This document shows positions 11,260 to 25,521 of a stretch of 64,000 nucleotides of DNA, one piece after another (the stretch's first letter is position 1; every line of letters starts with the position of its first letter). The stretch is from Somniosus microcephalus (Eukaryota). The stretch is from assembly GCA_052327205.1 (NCBI GenBank), contig JBMRGM010000035.1, positions 100,564,001 to 100,628,000 of the forward strand, read 5' to 3'. Position numbers and translations under genes: made by a program. The notes beneath the pieces were generated by a model. The model was not told the DNA's origin. It ran no database searches and saw nothing but the letters and a program-made list of their open reading frames with translations.

Positions 11260-14200
11260 GTCATAGAGTCATAGAGTTATACAGCACAGAAAGAGGCCCT
11301 TCGGCCCATTGTGTCCGCGCCGTCCATCAAGCCCTGTCCAATCTAATCCCATTTTCCAGCATTTGGTCCATAGCCTTGTATACAATGGCATTTCAAGTGA
11401 TCATCCAAATGCTTCTTGAATGTTGTGAGGGTTCTAGCCTCTACCACCCTTTCACGCAATGAGTTCCAGACTCCAACCACCCTCTGGGTGAAAAAGTTCC
11501 TCCTCAAATTCCCCCTAAACTTCCTGCCCCTTACCTTGAATCTATGCCCCCTTGTTATTGACCCCCCTACTAAGGGGAAAAGTTCCTCTTTATCTACCCT
11601 ATCTATGCCCCTCATCATTTTGTACACCTCAATCAGGTCCCACCTCAGCCTTCTTTGCTCCAAGGAAAACAACCCCAGCCTGTTTAGTCTTTCATCATAG
11701 CTGAGGCACTCCATCCCAGGTAACATCCTGGTGAATCTTCTCTGCACCCTCTGCAAAGCAATCACATCCTTCCTATAGTGAGGCGACCAGAACTGCACAC
11801 AGTACTCCAGCTGTGGCCTTACCAGCGTTTTGTACAGCTCCATCACAACCTCCCTGCTCTTATATACTATGCCTCGGCTAATGAAGGCAAGTATCCCATA
11901 TGCCTTTTTAACCACCTTATCTACCTGTTCCGCTGCCTTCAGGGATCTATTTACATGTACACCAAGGTCCCTCTGAGCCTCTGTACTTCCTAGGGTCCTA
12001 CCACTCATTGTGTATTCCCTTGCCTTATTTGTCCATCCAAAATGCATCACCTCGCACTTTTCAGGGTTAAATTCCATTTGCCACTTTTCCGCCCATCTGA
12101 CCAACCCGTTTATATCGTCCTGTAGCCTGAGGCTATACTCCTCGCAATTTACCACCCCACCAATTTTCGTGTTATCTGCGAACTTACTGATCATACGTTT
12201 TACATTCTCATCCAAATCATTTATGTAGATCACAAACAGCAAGGGACCCAGCACCGATCCCTGAGGTACCCCACTCGACACAGGCTTCCAGTCACAAAAG
12301 CAATCTTCGACCATTACCCTCTGCCTCCTGCCACTTAGCCAGTTTAGGATCTAACGTGCCAAGGCACCATGGATCCCATGGGCTTTTACCTTCTTGACCA
12401 GTCTCCTATGCGGGACATTGTCAAAAGCCTTACTGAAGTCCATGTATACCACATCCACAGCATTTCCCTCATCCACACACCTAGTCGCCCCCTCGAAAAT
12501 TTCAATCAGATTGGTTAGACATGATTTACCCTTGACAAAGCCATGCTGACTATCCCCGATTAATCCTTGCCTCTCCAAGTGGAGACTAATTTTGTCCCTC
12601 AGAAATTTTTCCAAAAATTTCCCTACCACAGATATTAGGCTCACTGGCCTGTAATTCCCTGGTTTATCCCTGCTACCCTTCTTGAATAATGGTACTACGT
12701 TAGCTGTTCTCCAGTCCTCTGGTACATCCCCTGTGGCCAGAGAGGTGCTGATAATTTGTGTCAGAGCCCCTGCAATCTCCTCCTTTGCCTCACACAGCAG
12801 CCTGGGATACATCTCGTCCGGGCCTGGGGATTTATCCACTTTTTGGCCTGCTAAAACTGCTAGTACCTCCTCCCTCTCGATGCTAATATGTTCAAGTATA
12901 TCACAGTCCCCTTCCCCGATTTCTATGTCTACATCGTCTTCCTCCATAGTGAACACAGATGCAAAAAATTCATTTAAAACCCCGCCTACTTCATCTGGCT
13001 CTACACACAGATTGCCACTTTGGTCCCTAATGGGCGCTACCCTTTCCCTGGTTATCCTCTTGCCCTTAATATGCTTATAAAACATCTTAGGATTTTCCTT
13101 TATTTTGCTCACCAGTGTTATGTCATGGCCCCTCCTCGCTCTCCTAATTTCTTTTTTAAGTATGCCCCTGCACTTTTAATATTCCTCTAGGGCTTCGTCC
13201 GTCTTTAGTCTTTTGTAACTGCCAAAAGCCCCCCCCCTTTTTTCCCAATGCATTTTTGTATATCCCTTGTCATCCAAGGTTCCCTTTGCTTGTTGGTCCC
13301 ACCCTTGACCTTTACGGGAACATGTTGGCGTCGTACTCTCTCTATTTCCCTTCTGAAAGTCTCCCATTGCTTTGATGTGGATTTTCCTATAAGTAGCTGC
13401 TCCCAGTCCACTTTGGCCAGATCCTGCCTTATCATATTAAAATCGGCCTTCCCCCAATTTAGAACCCTTATTTCCGGGCCGTCTTTGTCTTTTTCCATGA
13501 CCACCTCAAATCTCACCGAATTATGGTCACTGTCGCCAAAATGCTCTCCTACTGACACTTCCACCACTTGCCCGGCTACACTTCCTAGAATTAGGTCCAG
13601 TACCGCCCGCTCTCTTGTAGGACTTTCTACATGTTGGCTCAAAAAGCTCTCCTGGATGCACTTTAAGAATTCTGCACCCTCTAAGCCTTTCACACTCTGA
13701 CTATCCCAATTAATATTGGGGTAGTTGAAATCCCCCACTATTATTACCCTATTATTTTCGCACTTCTCTGAGATTTGCCTACATATCTGTTCCTCTATCT
13801 CCCCCTGACTGTTTGGGGGTCTATAGTCCACTCCCAGCAAAGTGCTTGCCCCCTTTTTGTTTTTATGTTCTACACATATAGCCTCATTAGAGGAACCCGC
13901 TAATATATCATCCCTCCTTACAGCAGTAATTGACTCCTTAATTAATATTGCAACACCCCCTCCTCTTTTACACCGCCCTCTGTCTCTCCTGAAGATTCTA
14001 TACCCCGGAATATTGAGCTGCCAGTCCTGACCCTCCCTCAACCATGTCTCCGTGATAGCAACAATATCGTACTCCCATGTGTTCAACAACAACTTCAGTT
14101 CATCCACCTTATTTGCAAGATTCCTTGCATTAAAATAAATGCCTTCCAGCCTTGCCATCTTCACTTTTGCCTTCACATATTTGCTCTGCCTTCCCAGCTG

Positions 14201-14585
14201 ACTTGTTTTTTTCCTCTGTATTTGGCTGTAAATCACCCCCTACTATAGCTCCACTCTGTATCCCATCCCCCTGCCAAGTTAGTTTAAACCCATCCCAACA
14301 GTGCTAGCAAACCTCCCCGCAAAGATATTGGTCCCCCCCTGGTTCAGGTGTAAACCGTCCGACTTGTACAAGTCCCACCTTTCCCAGAAGCAGACCCAGT
14401 GATCCATGAAACTAAAGCCTCCCTCCTACACCATCCCTTTAGCCACGCATTCATCTGTTCTATCTTTCTATTCCTATACTGACTAGCACGTGGCACCGGG
14501 AGTAATCCAGAGATTACAACCTTTGAGGTCCTGCTCTTTAATCTTCTACCTAGCTCCCAAAATTCTTGCTGCAGGACCTCATCCC
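11260..14585 (-). mobile_element. CR1 LINE, 5'-truncated in ORF1, ORF2 frameshifted
   Basis: ORF2 in pieces: 13205..14236 APE (FNARN, AITETW, YRPPN, GDFN, SDHN), 12351..13112 and 11343..12314 RT (YRPVSL, QHGF, GVPQGSVLGPLLF, FADN). (CTCTATGA)n tail at 11260-11280. Esterase remnant at ~14290-14585. Confidence 0.95.
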
Positions 14586-15110
14586 TAGAGCCCTAGAGTC
14601 AATGGCCTAGAAATTCAGTTGGCTGCGCCAGCCGTTAGCACCTTAGGAGGAGCAGATCTCGAGCGCTAGGCGCTTAGCCCCCGGGCGCAGCACGATCTGC
14701 GCCTCGCCCCAACTTCAGCAGACATTTAGCGCCGACGCAATGTCTTTGCGCGCGCTCAGCTGCGCGCGCAGATCATGACGTCATTTCGTCGTGCAACGCC
14801 CTTTGTGCGCCCGTAACCGGAACTTCACTCGCGCCGCCCCATTGTGCACCGGGCGGCCCTAACGACTGTGAAGTGGAATGGTACACAGCCAAGGCGGGCC
14901 GCGGGGAGCGCAATTTAAAGGGCGCTTACCCTGCACTATAAAGGCCAGCCATTTTGCAGCATTCACTCTTGTGCAACGGATTTTTGGAGAGAGACCAAGG
15001 AAGAGAGCTTACTGCTTTGGCCCAACACTAGGACAGGTATTTTTGGCTTCAGGCCAGAGCTTTGCAATTATCTTTGCCTTCATTGAGATCTCAGTGTTTG
15101 CCAGCATATT

Positions 15111-16256
15111 ATGGGGGCTGCATTGGGTGCCAACGCTGAGTTTCAGCCTTATGTCCGAAGGGCTTACAGACGCTGTGAGAGAGTGGCAGCTCTGGCTAGG
15201 CGCAGAGGGGGCAACAGGCTTCGCCAAGTGAAGCCTTTCCCACCCAGGGTATACCACCAGCAGTTCTCCTATCTCAACATGTCTGCCGCGCAGTGTGTTA
15301 GGAGGCTGCGATTCAGAAGGGAGGTGGTTGCAGACATCTGCCAGCTGCTTCACAGAGATCTGCATCCACTGCTGATGCGCAGAACGTCTCTGTCGGTGGC
15401 AGTGAAGGTGACGGTGGCTCTCAACTTCTATGCCACCGGCTCCTTCCAATCCGCTGCTGGGGACATCGCTAAAATCTCCCAGTTCGCCGTGCATTGCTGC
15501 ATCCGCCAGGTGACCAATGCCCTTTTCAGAAGGAGACGTCAATTCATCTCCTTCCCCATGACCCTGGACAAGCAGCAGTAGCGTGCAGTCGGATTTGCAT
15601 GTATAGCGGGCTTCCCCATGGTGCAAGGCGCCATTGACTGCACGCATGTGGCTTTGCGGGCACCTCTGGAGCATGCCGAGGATTACTGCAACCGGAAGGG
15701 CTACCATTCCCTCAACGTACAGCTGGTGTGTGACCACAGGCAGCGCATCCTAGCTGTCAATGCCCGCTTTCCAGGCAGCAGCCACGATGCCTTTATCCTG
15801 CGACAGACAACTGTGGCTGACATGTTCCAGGCACAGCCTCACCCAAGAGGATGGCTTATCGGGGACAAAGGCTATCCTTTGTGTACCTGGCTCATGACCC
15901 CACTCCGCGCGCCCATGACCATTGCTGAAGAGGCATACAACGAGAGCCATCAAGCGACCAGGAACCTCATCGAACAAACAATCGGCGACCTGAAGCAACG
16001 GTTCCGCTGTCTTGATCGCTCCGGGGGAGCCCTCCAGTATTCGCAGGAGCGAGTCTCCCAATTCGTCGTCGTTTGCTGCATGCTGCACAACCTGGATATC
16101 CGCAGGACTCAGGCACTGCCACCTCATGTTGGACCACCACCTCAGGAGGAGGAGCAGCAGGAGCATGAGGAGGACGAGGACGCGGAGTACCAGCCCAGGA
16201 GGGAGGCAGAAGGTCCAAGGGCCACCCGTCGGCGGCTTATTGAACGTCAATTCTAG
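15111..16256 (+). pseudogene. Harbinger DDE transposase (HARBI1-like family) with one nonsense codon
   Basis: ORFs 15111..15581 and 15618..16256 share a frame and are split by TAG at 15579-15581 (CAG in the 26-kb copy). Motifs GAIDCTH, GDKGY, RNLIEQTIG. Confidence 0.92.
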
Positions 16257-16559
16257 GCCCCCTGTCAGGGAATGGCTTGTGCCAATGAAACAACATGATT
16301 GCAGCCGCTCCGCAAGCCCTCAGCCGGTTAAGGCAACAAACACTTCAAAGATCAAACATGGACAATGTGAATAAATAAAATGGTTTATTGTACAAATTCG
16401 GGGCCCTTCCCACATGAAAACCAAGAACACACGAAACCCCCAAAAAACACTCACACACATGAGTCACTCCCACAACCTGGGGAAGATTAACAAAGATGTA
16501 AACAAAAATGGCCTCATCCTCGGCCTTCAAAAAACAACCATTACAAAAAACACAACATT

Positions 16560-18568
16560 TGGACACACCCTCTACTTTGCGTCCCGCGAGGGCGATGCCC
16601 GCTGCAAACTTTTCCGGCTCCTGGACGCCCTGTGCTCCTCCTCAAAGTGAGGCCAGTGGCTGCTGCAAGGCTGGGGGAAGGCTCCTGAGGGGCACATGTC
16701 GTGACGGCAGATGCCTTTGGGGGTCGGCCTAGACGAGGTCTGGCCCTTGAGGGGCTGGCTGGTGAATGCTGCAGCTGTGGCTGGCCAGCATCAGTCGCTG
16801 CAGCAGCTCGTGGCAGCTCAACTGGGGGAGTGGCAGTGGCGGCTGGAGGAATGGGGGGCAAGCTGGCGGATGGCAGGTGCTCGCTGGTCGCCTGAGACAC
16901 TGGCACTCGCCCGGGCCAGCACTGCAGCATGCGCAGCAATCTGCCAAGGGACAGACCTCTGTGCTGCTGCAGCGCGCCGGGTGCCCTGGCGATGCCGGGC
17001 TAACACAGCGAGTGTGGCAGCAGTGAGTGCCTGTGTTGCCCTGTTCTGTGACCACATCAGAGCAGCCAGTGAATGCACGGCACCACTGATCACCTGGCCA
17101 GTCGCTGCCAGAGAGGCCCCGAATTCGGTGACACTCCGAGACAGGGACTCAATGGCCTCAGGCATCCGTCCCACTACCCCCATGAGCTCTGTGTGCCGGC
17201 GCTCTGAGTCTGCTGACATGTTCTCGAGGCAGCGCATCTCCTCGGCGTTGACCGCCTCCGGAATGGAGGCCGGACTCTCCATCTGGGGAGAAGGCCGCCG
17301 AACTGGCCGACCCTTCCTGCGTTGATGGATGCCACTGTGCCCAGCAACTGGACTCCGCTCCGACCCTTCCCCCCTCTGGGGAGAAGGCCGCTGAGCTTCC
17401 ACCCCCTCCCGCGTTTCTGCAGGCCGCTGGTCCCAGGAGCTACACTCCTCTCCGACACTTACCCCACGCTCCCCTCCAGGGAAGATGTCTCCCCTACAGT
17501 GGCATGGCTTGCCGTGGCTGAGGGTTCCCCTGATGGGCCGCCTTCCTCTTGCTCCTCCTCCTCCTCCTCTTGTGAGGGGTTGTCACTGGCAACTTCAGGG
17601 ACCTCCTCCTCACCATCTGAAAGCAGGAAGGCACAAGAGCAGCTTTAGAGTGAGGAGAGGCCATCAGCGAGGGATGCATGAGTGGTGGCATTCAGCGCAT
17701 TTGTCGGAGAGTCGCAAAGGATGTAGATCTGATGCGCAAGTGGGACGAGAGAGGTCCAAAAGGTGATGTCCTTACCATTGGTGCCCAGAACAGGGTCGGC
17801 ATCTCCAGATGCAACGGGGCCAATCACCCGGGCCCCCATGATGCGCTCCACGCGCTGTTGCAGCTCGGTGAGCGGCTGGATCTGGGGCCCGCCTCCCCTG
17901 GTCACAGTCCGGCTCCTCTTATTATTGGCCAGCTTGGCCTGCAAGAGAAAGGACGGCCTCTAAGTACAGTGTGTAGACCTGATCTTGTGTGCACTGCCTC
18001 CCATGGTGGAATAGCCTGGCCAGTGTGTGGCCCTGATCTTGTGTGCACTGCCTCCCATGGTGGAATAGCCTGGCCAGTGTGTAGCCCTGATCTTGTGTGC
18101 ACTGACTCCCATGGTTGAATAGCCTGGCCAGTGTGTAGCCCTGATCTTGTGTGCACTGCCTCCCATGGTCGAATAGCCTGGCCAGTGTGTTAAGTGCACA
18201 ATGTGCAATTGATGCTCATGACTGTCCCATAGCTGCTACATGAGGGCTGGCCATTAGGGCTTTCAGGTCCCTTTGCCCATAATGTGAGGTGCACATGCAA
18301 GGATGAGGAGGACAATGGAAAGGGTACTCACCCTGACAATCCTGGCGAGGTCATTGAGCTTTTTGCGGCATTGTACAGCGCTCCTGGGGACCTCACTGTT
18401 GGATGTCACCCTGGTGGCGACATGCCTCCAGGCTTTCCGGTAGACGCGGGCCGGCGGCTTCCTCCCATTGTCTGCGAACAAAATATGGCGTCTCTTCTCC
18501 ACAGCGCTAACCAGCACCCTCAGATCATGCTCTGAGAAGCGCTGCGCTCGTTCATGGGCCTTCTCCAT
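16560..18568 (-). pseudogene. Harbinger Myb/SANT-like DNA-binding partner gene, 3 exons (18568-18332, 17938-17776, 17616-~16560)
   Basis: MEKAHERAQRFSEHDLRVLV..V......LF....W..VA.RV......RSAVQCRKKLNDL. Donors GTGAGT and GTAAGG, acceptors TTGCAG and TTTCAG. In-frame TAA near 17460. The 3' end is approximate. Confidence 0.82.
17968..18190. repeat. 54-bp minisatellite x4 in intron 1 of the Myb gene
   Basis: CCATGG recurs at 18001, 18055, 18109, 18163. Confidence 0.93.
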
Positions 18569-18929
18569 ACTTTGAGGCGCTATTTGGGTCCAGCAGCAGT
18601 GTTCAGGCCTAGCTGGAGGGCTCCAGTGTCCAGGGCGTGGCAGCAGACCAAGTCGACCCTTCCCCCTTAAGAGCTGGACGGCGCCAGGGTGTCTGCTGCC
18701 AATCAAGAAATGGCCGCACCTGCGCAGCACCCGGCCTCGGCGGTATCGCTCAGCACCTCTGGCTTTGCGCCTAAAGATAGCCTTGCATCGCCAGTTTTAG
18801 CGCTCGAGCAAACTCTTAAGGCGAAGCTAATGAATATCGGCGAAGTGGCCTTGAATTTGCGCCGGGCGCAAACTTTAGCGGCCGCCCGACTTTACCGCCC
18901 CAAAAGTGGCTATAATGAATTTCTAGGCC

Positions 18930-20640
18930 ATAGTGTCTTAACGGCGCAGAATGAGGCCATTCGCCTCATCGATTCAGTGCTGGCTCTCTGTAGAGAAATC
19001 CAGTCAGTCTCATTCCCCCGCTCAATCCTCGTAGCCCTGCAAGTTTATTTCACTCAAGTTCCTATCCAGTCTCCCCTTGAAAACATTGTGTGTGGCCGCT
19101 TCCACCACTTCCATCAGCAGCGAATTCCAGGTCCTCACCAGTCGCTGTTTATCGAAGCTTTTCCTCACACCCCCCCGTATATCTTGCCCAAAACTTTATA
19201 TCTGTGTCCCCTGTGTACCATCAACTAATGAGATCAGCCTTTGCCCATCTAGCCTATCCAAATCCGTCATAATTTTGTACACCTCTATCAAATCACCCCA
19301 CAACCTCCTTTGCTCGAATGAAAACAAATCCAGCTTCTCCAAACTTTCCTTGTAGCTAAGATCTCCACCCCAGAAGCAATCTCATCTGCACCATCTCAAG
19401 TGCCTTCACACCCATCCTAAAGTGTGGTGACCACAACTGGACGCAATGATCCAGTTGTGGCCTAACCAGTGCTTTATAATGGTTCAGCATAACTTCTCTA
19501 CTTTTTTTACTCAATACCTCTATTTATGCAGCCCAAGATCCCATATGCTTTGCTAACCACTCTCTTAATATATCCCACCACCTTCAGGGACTGCATTGGA
19601 GGAAGTTCCGAAACGATTCACTAGGTTAAGTCCAGAGATGAGGTGGTTGACTTATGAAGAAAGGTTGATCAGGTTGGGCCTATACGCATTGGAATTTAGA
19701 AGAATTAATGATGATCTTATTAATCATACAAGACACAGAGGGGACTCGACAAGGTAAATGCAGAGAGGACTTTTCCCCTCATGGGGAAATCTAGAACTCG
19801 GCGGCATAGTTTCAGATTAAAGGCTCGCCCTTTTAGAACTGAGATGAGGAGGAATTCCTTCTCCCAGAGGGTCGTAAATCTGTGGAATTCTCTGCCTCAG
19901 ATCATTAAATACATTTAAGGTGGAGATAGACAGAGTTATGCATGATATTGGAGTGAAGGGTTGTGGGGAGCGGGCAGCGAATTGGCTTTGAATCCAACAT
20001 CAGCCATGATCTTATTGAATGGCAGAGCAGGCTCGAGGGGCCAAGTGGACTATTCCTGATCCTATTTCTTATGTTCTTATGTTCTTAAGCACATTAACTC
20101 CCAGGTCCCTCTGACCCTGCACACTCTTTAAAACTGCCCCATTAAGTGTATTATGCCTCTCCATGATCCTTCTGCTAAAATGCATCACCTCACACTTCTC
20201 TGTATTAAATTCTGTCTGCCACTTGTCTGCCCATCCTGCTAGCCATTCTATGTCTTGTTGCAGTCGATTGGTGTCATCCCTGTTTGCCACACCCCCAAGT
20301 TTGGTGTCATCGGCAAATTTAGAAATTATACACTGTATTTCAATATCCAGGTCATGTATATATCTAAAAAAAGGCAGTGGCCCCAGCACTGACACTTGGG
20401 GAACACGACTGTCTACCATCCTTCAGCCTGAAAACAGCCATTTACCACAACTCGCTGTTTTCTGTCCTTAAGCCAATTCCTTATCAAAGCTGCCACTGAC
20501 CCACCTATTCCATGAGCCTCAATTTTGTTACCCAGCTTTTATGTGGTACTTTGTCAAATGCCTTCCTAAAATCCATGTAAACGACATCCATTGCTTTCTC
20601 TTCATTAATCCACCCTGTTACTGCATCAAAAAACCTATTA
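18930..20640 (-). mobile_element. Old CR1 LINE 3' fragment (RT), split by a nested CR1
   Basis: ORF 20069..20419 VPQVSVLGPL..FADDTK. The 3' region continues at 18930-19590 and the tail remnant (TAGAGTC) lies left of the Harbinger at ~14586-14603. Confidence 0.82.
19592..20086 (+). mobile_element. Short 5'-truncated CR1 LINE nested in the opposite-strand CR1
   Basis: Homologous to 61490-62135 (TATGAAGAAAGGTTG, GAGATGAGGAGGAAT). Ends in (TTCTTATG)n at 20066-20086. Confidence 0.85.
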
Positions 20641-20644
20641 GATG

Positions 20645-23600
20645 ATTAGTCCTTCTGATAATTCAGACACAGACAGCTGTCCTTTTGATAATTCAAACCT
20701 AGGAAGTTGGCCATTCTGAAAATTCAGAGCCAGACAGCGGGCCCTTCTGCTTGGCCAGACCCAGACAGTGAGACCTATTGATAATTCAGGCCCAGACAAT
20801 GGGGAATCTAATAATTCAGACACAAACAGTCGTTGTCTCAGCTAATTCTGCCCCAGAGATTAATTGATTCTGATAATTCTGAATGAGATAGGGGGTGTTA
20901 TGAAAACTCAGTCGCAGAAAGTGGTTGTCTCGTAATGTTCAGTCCCAGAGATTTGTTCCTTCTGATAATTCAGACACAGAGAGTGGGTGCTTCTGCTATT
21001 TCAGGTCCAAAATGTGTATCCTTCTGATACCTAACTTCTTACAGTGGGTGTTTATGACGTTTTACACCCAGAAAGTGGCAGCCGAGGAAATTAAACCCAG
21101 ACAGCGGGTGTTTGTGTTAATTCAGAGCCAGAGAGTGTATGTTTGTATTAATTCAGACCCAGATAGTGGGTGCCTCGGATAATTCAGCACCAGACAGTCG
21201 TTATTTCTGCTAATTCAGACGGATACAGCAGATGATTCTGATAATTCAGACACACGCAGTCTGCCATTCCGAAAGTTAAGACCGAGGCCGTGGGTGATAA
21301 TCATAATTCAGACACAGAGAGTGCGCCCTGCGGATAATTCATATTCAGGCAGTGGGTTCTTATGATAATTCAGACCCAGACCGTGGGTGTCCCTGATGAT
21401 TCAGATTAAAAAGTCAATGTTTCTGATTAATCAGACCCAGACAGTTGTTTCTGATAACTGAGGCCCAGACAGTGGTTCTTTCTGATCAGTCAGGCCCAGA
21501 TAATTGAGTGTTTCTGGAAATTCAGGCGCAGCCTGTGGGTGTTTCTGATCATTCAGACCCAGAGAGTCGATGTTACTGATAATTCAGATGCAGAAATTGT
21601 TTGTTTATCATAAGTTAAACGCAGACAGTGGGTGTTTCAGAAAATTCAGGCCCAGTAAGTGGCTGTTTCTGATACGTCAGAACCAGAGAGTGGGTGTTTC
21701 TAATAATTCAGATCCAGGCCGTGTTCCTTCCTGATAATTCACAACCAGACAGTGGGTGTTTCCGATATTCCAGACCCAGTTAGTGTGTGTTTCTGATACT
21801 TCAGAGCCAGACAGTGGGTGTTTCTGATAATTCAGGTCCAGGCATTGCTTTTTCCTGATAATTCACAACCAGACAGTGGGTGTTTCCGAAAATCCAGACC
21901 CAGTCAGTGGGTGTTTCTGATACTTCAGTGCCAGGCAGTGGGGCCTAGAAATTGAGTTTGCCTCCACCAGGGCTGTAGCGCCCGAAATTTAGCGCCAGCG
22001 TTAATTGCCGCTGCGCCTGGCAAAAATTCAGCTGCGCCGTGCCCAGATGGCTGCGGGCGCTAATGGAGGGTGTTAGCGCCTCGCAATGGGCGCTGAATGC
22101 AGGATTGCGGCACTAATCCCCCGCTGCAGCACCCGATGCAGTGCGGCAGGCTGGGGTACTGCAGGCCTCCTCCTTCTGTTAAGGAGGAGCTGCCTGCAGC
22201 CGACCGCTGGCCGGTGGAATCGCACGAAAAATGAGCCCGGCACCTCGGAGAAGTGCCGGGCTCGAGGCCCACACACATCTGTGCCACGGGGGGGTGGTGG
22301 AGGAGTCTGGGGAGGGAGGTGCGGGCAGGCGGCCGCCGGGAAAGCGGCCGGCCGCCGCGCCACATTAATGCGCCGGCGCTAAGTCCAGCAAGAAACTTTT
22401 AAAAATCGTTGGTTGCGGCTGCCACGGGCGAGGTGGCCGCAAATGAATTGCGGCGTCCGGCTGCATTACCACGGCAACCGGGACGCTGCGCACACCGATG
22501 ACGTCATCGGTGCCAGCGCAGCGCTACCGGCTAACGCCGATGGTAGGGCCCAAATCAATTTCCGAAGCGGCTATAATTCCGGCGCAAGGCCCTCTAGTGC
22601 CTCTAATTGGGCGCTAACCCCACTCAATTTCTAGGCCTGGGTGTTTCTGATAATTCAGGTCCAGGCACTGTTATTCCTGGTAAGTCACAGCCAGACAGTG
22701 GCTGTTGCCGATAATTCAGACCCAGATATTGGGTACTTCTGATAATTCTGTGCCAGAGAGTGATTATGTCTAATAATTCAGACCCAGACAGTGGGGCTTC
22801 TCAAAATTCAGAACCAGACAGTGGGTGTTTCTGATAATTCAGAACCAGAGAGATTGTGTTTCTGATACTTCAGAACCAGACAGAGGTTGTTTTTGATCAT
22901 TCAAATCCAGAGAGTGGTTGTTTCTGATAATTCAGACCAAACGGTGTTTGTTCCTGATAATTCACATCCAGACAGTGTGTGCTTCTGATAATTCAGGCGA
23001 GATGGGTTTTTTTTCCCATTAATTAACACCCAGAAATTGGTTGCTTTTGATAATTCAGTGCCAGAGAGTGGTTATTGCTGATAATTAGGACGCAGACATT
23101 GGGGGTTTATCATAATTCAGACACAGACAGTGCGACCTTCGGGTAATTCATATTCAGACAGTGGGTGTTTACGTTAATTCAGAGCAAGACATTGGGTGTT
23201 TCTGATAATTCAATGCCAGAGATTTGTTACTTCTGATAATTCTGAGCCGAACAATGGGTGTTTCTGATAATTCAAACCCAGACAGTGGTTGTTTCTGATA
23301 ATTCAGACAAGACAGTGGGTGTTTCTGATAAATGAGGCCCAGACATTGGGTGTTTCTGATAAATCAGAACTGGACAGAGGATGTTTCTGATTATTCAGAC
23401 GCAAACAGTGGGTGTTTCTGATCATTCAGACCCAGAGAATCATTTTTTCTGATAACTCAGTGTCACAAAGTCGTTTCTGATAATTCTGAGCCAAGCAGTG
23501 GGTAATTCTGAGAATTCAGACCCAGACATTGGGTTCTTCTGATAATTCAGACCCAGGCAGTGTGCGTTTCTGATAATTCAGACAGAGACAGTGGTTGTTT

Positions 23601-25521
23601 CTGATAACTCAGGCCCAGATGATTGGGTGTTTCTGATAACTCAGACCCAGACATTGTTTATTTCTGATAAGCAAGAAGCAGACAGTGGCTGTTCTGAAAA
23701 TTCAGCTACAGACAGAGGGTGTTTCTGATAATTCCGACCCAGACAGAGGGTGTTTCTGATAATTCCGACCCAGACAGTGGGTGTTTCTGATAATTTCGAC
23801 CCAGACAGTGGGTGTTTCTGATAATTCCGACCCAGACAGTGGGTGTTTCTGAAAATTCGGACACAGACATTGGGTGCTTCTGATAATTCAGTGCCAGAGA
23901 CTGGTTATATCTCATAATTTGGAACCATACAATTGGTGTTTCTGATAAGTCAAACCTAGACAGTGGATGTTTCTGATCATTCTGACTCGGACAGTGAATG
24001 TTTCTGATAAGTGTGACGGAGGCAATACTCTATTCCGAAAATTAACTCCGAGGCAACGGGTGCTAATGATAATTCAGACACAGTCAGCGTCACCTTTGGA
24101 TAATTCATACTCAGGCACTGGGTGTTTATGATAATTCAGACCAGACAGTGGGTGTCACTGATAATTCTGAAACAGAAGTAATTGTTTCTGATAATTCAGA
24201 CCCAAAGAGTTGTTTCTGATCATTCTGAGCCAAACAGTGGGTGTTGCTGATGATTCAGACCCAGAAAGTTGGCGTGTCTGACAATTCAGACCCTGACAGT
24301 GGGTGTTTGTGATAATTGAGACACAGATAGTGGGAGTTTCTGATTATTCGGGCCCAGACAATGGGTGCGGCTGATAATTCAAACCCAGGCAGTGTCTTTT
24401 TTGTAATAATTCAGACCAGACAGTGGGAGTTTTTGGTAATTCAGGCCCAGACATTGGGTGCGGCTAATAATTCAGAAATGGAACGATTCGTGTTTCTGAT
24501 CATTCAGAAATAGACAGTGGTTGTTTCTGAACTTCGAGACGCAGACAATGGATGTTTCTGATGACTCAGACCCAGAACATCATTGTTTCGGATAATTCAG
24601 AGCCAGACAGTTGTTCCTGTTAACTCTGAGCCGAACAGTGGGTGTTTCTGATAATTCACCGCAGACAGTGGGTGTTTCTGATAATGCACCCCAGACAGTG
24701 GATGTTTCTGATAATTCAAACCCAGACATTGGTTATTTCTGATAAGTAAGACTTAGATGATTGGATGTTTCTGAAAATTCAGATGCCAGCATTGGCTATT
24801 CCTGATAATTCAGACCCAGACAGTGGGTGTTTCTGATAATGCAGACGCTGACATTGTTTGATTCTGACATGTTAGAAGCAGAAAGCGAGTGTTCTGATAA
24901 TTCAGACGCAGACAGCATGTGTTCTGATAATTCAGACGCAGAAAGTGTGTTTTTGGGGTAATTCCAATGCATATCGTGTGTTTTTCTGATAATTCAGACA
25001 TAGACATTGGTTGCTTCTGATAATTCAGAGCCAGACAGTGGGTGTTTCTGATTAGTCAAACCTAGACAGTTGATTGGTCTGATAATTCTGACCCAGATAG
25101 TGTTGTTTCTGATAACACAGACCCAGGTGATTGGGTGTTTCTGATCATTCAGATCCAGATATTGTTTATTTCTGATAATTCAGACGCAGACAGCGAGTGT
25201 TCTGATAATTCAGACGCAGACAGTGGGTGTTTCTAAAGATTAGGACACAGACATTGGGTGCTTCTGATAATTCATTGCCAGAGATTGATTATTTCTGATA
25301 ATTCAGAACCAAACAATGGGTGTTTCTGATGCGTCAGACCTAAACAGTGGATGTTTCTGCTAATTAAGACCCAGACAGTGGCTGTTTCTGATTAATCAGA
25401 CTTATGTTAATGCTTACTCAGAGAATGCATTTTTAGCATAACACGCACCCAGACAATGGTTTTTTATGAAAATGTAGGCACAGACAGTGGGCACTTCTAA
25501 TAATTCAGACCCAGACATAAG
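20645..25521 (+). repeat. 31-bp satellite array (contains one MITE)
   Basis: 31-bp period is directly visible, e.g. near-identical units at 23721-23850. Confidence 0.96.
21942..22637. mobile_element. Harbinger MITE (696 bp)
   Basis: TIR GGCCTAGAAATTGAG / CTCAATTTCTAGGCC. TSD TGG at 21939-41 and 22638-40. No transposase. Confidence 0.93.

Larger units (their letters stand above)
14604..18929 (+). mobile_element. Full-length two-gene PIF/Harbinger transposon (4.3 kb)
   Basis: TIRs GGCCTAGAAATTCA (14604) and TGAATTTCTAGGCC (ends 18929). Convergent transposase and Myb/SANT genes. Imperfect 3-bp flanks AAT/ATA. Inserted in a CR1 3' tail. Confidence 0.93.

Noticed and set aside
18263-19228. Extended ORFs crossing the Harbinger right end (18263..18730, 18689..19228)
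   Set aside because: The Myb start is best placed at 18568 by homology with the sister element; the other ORF runs through the TIR into CR1 sequence.
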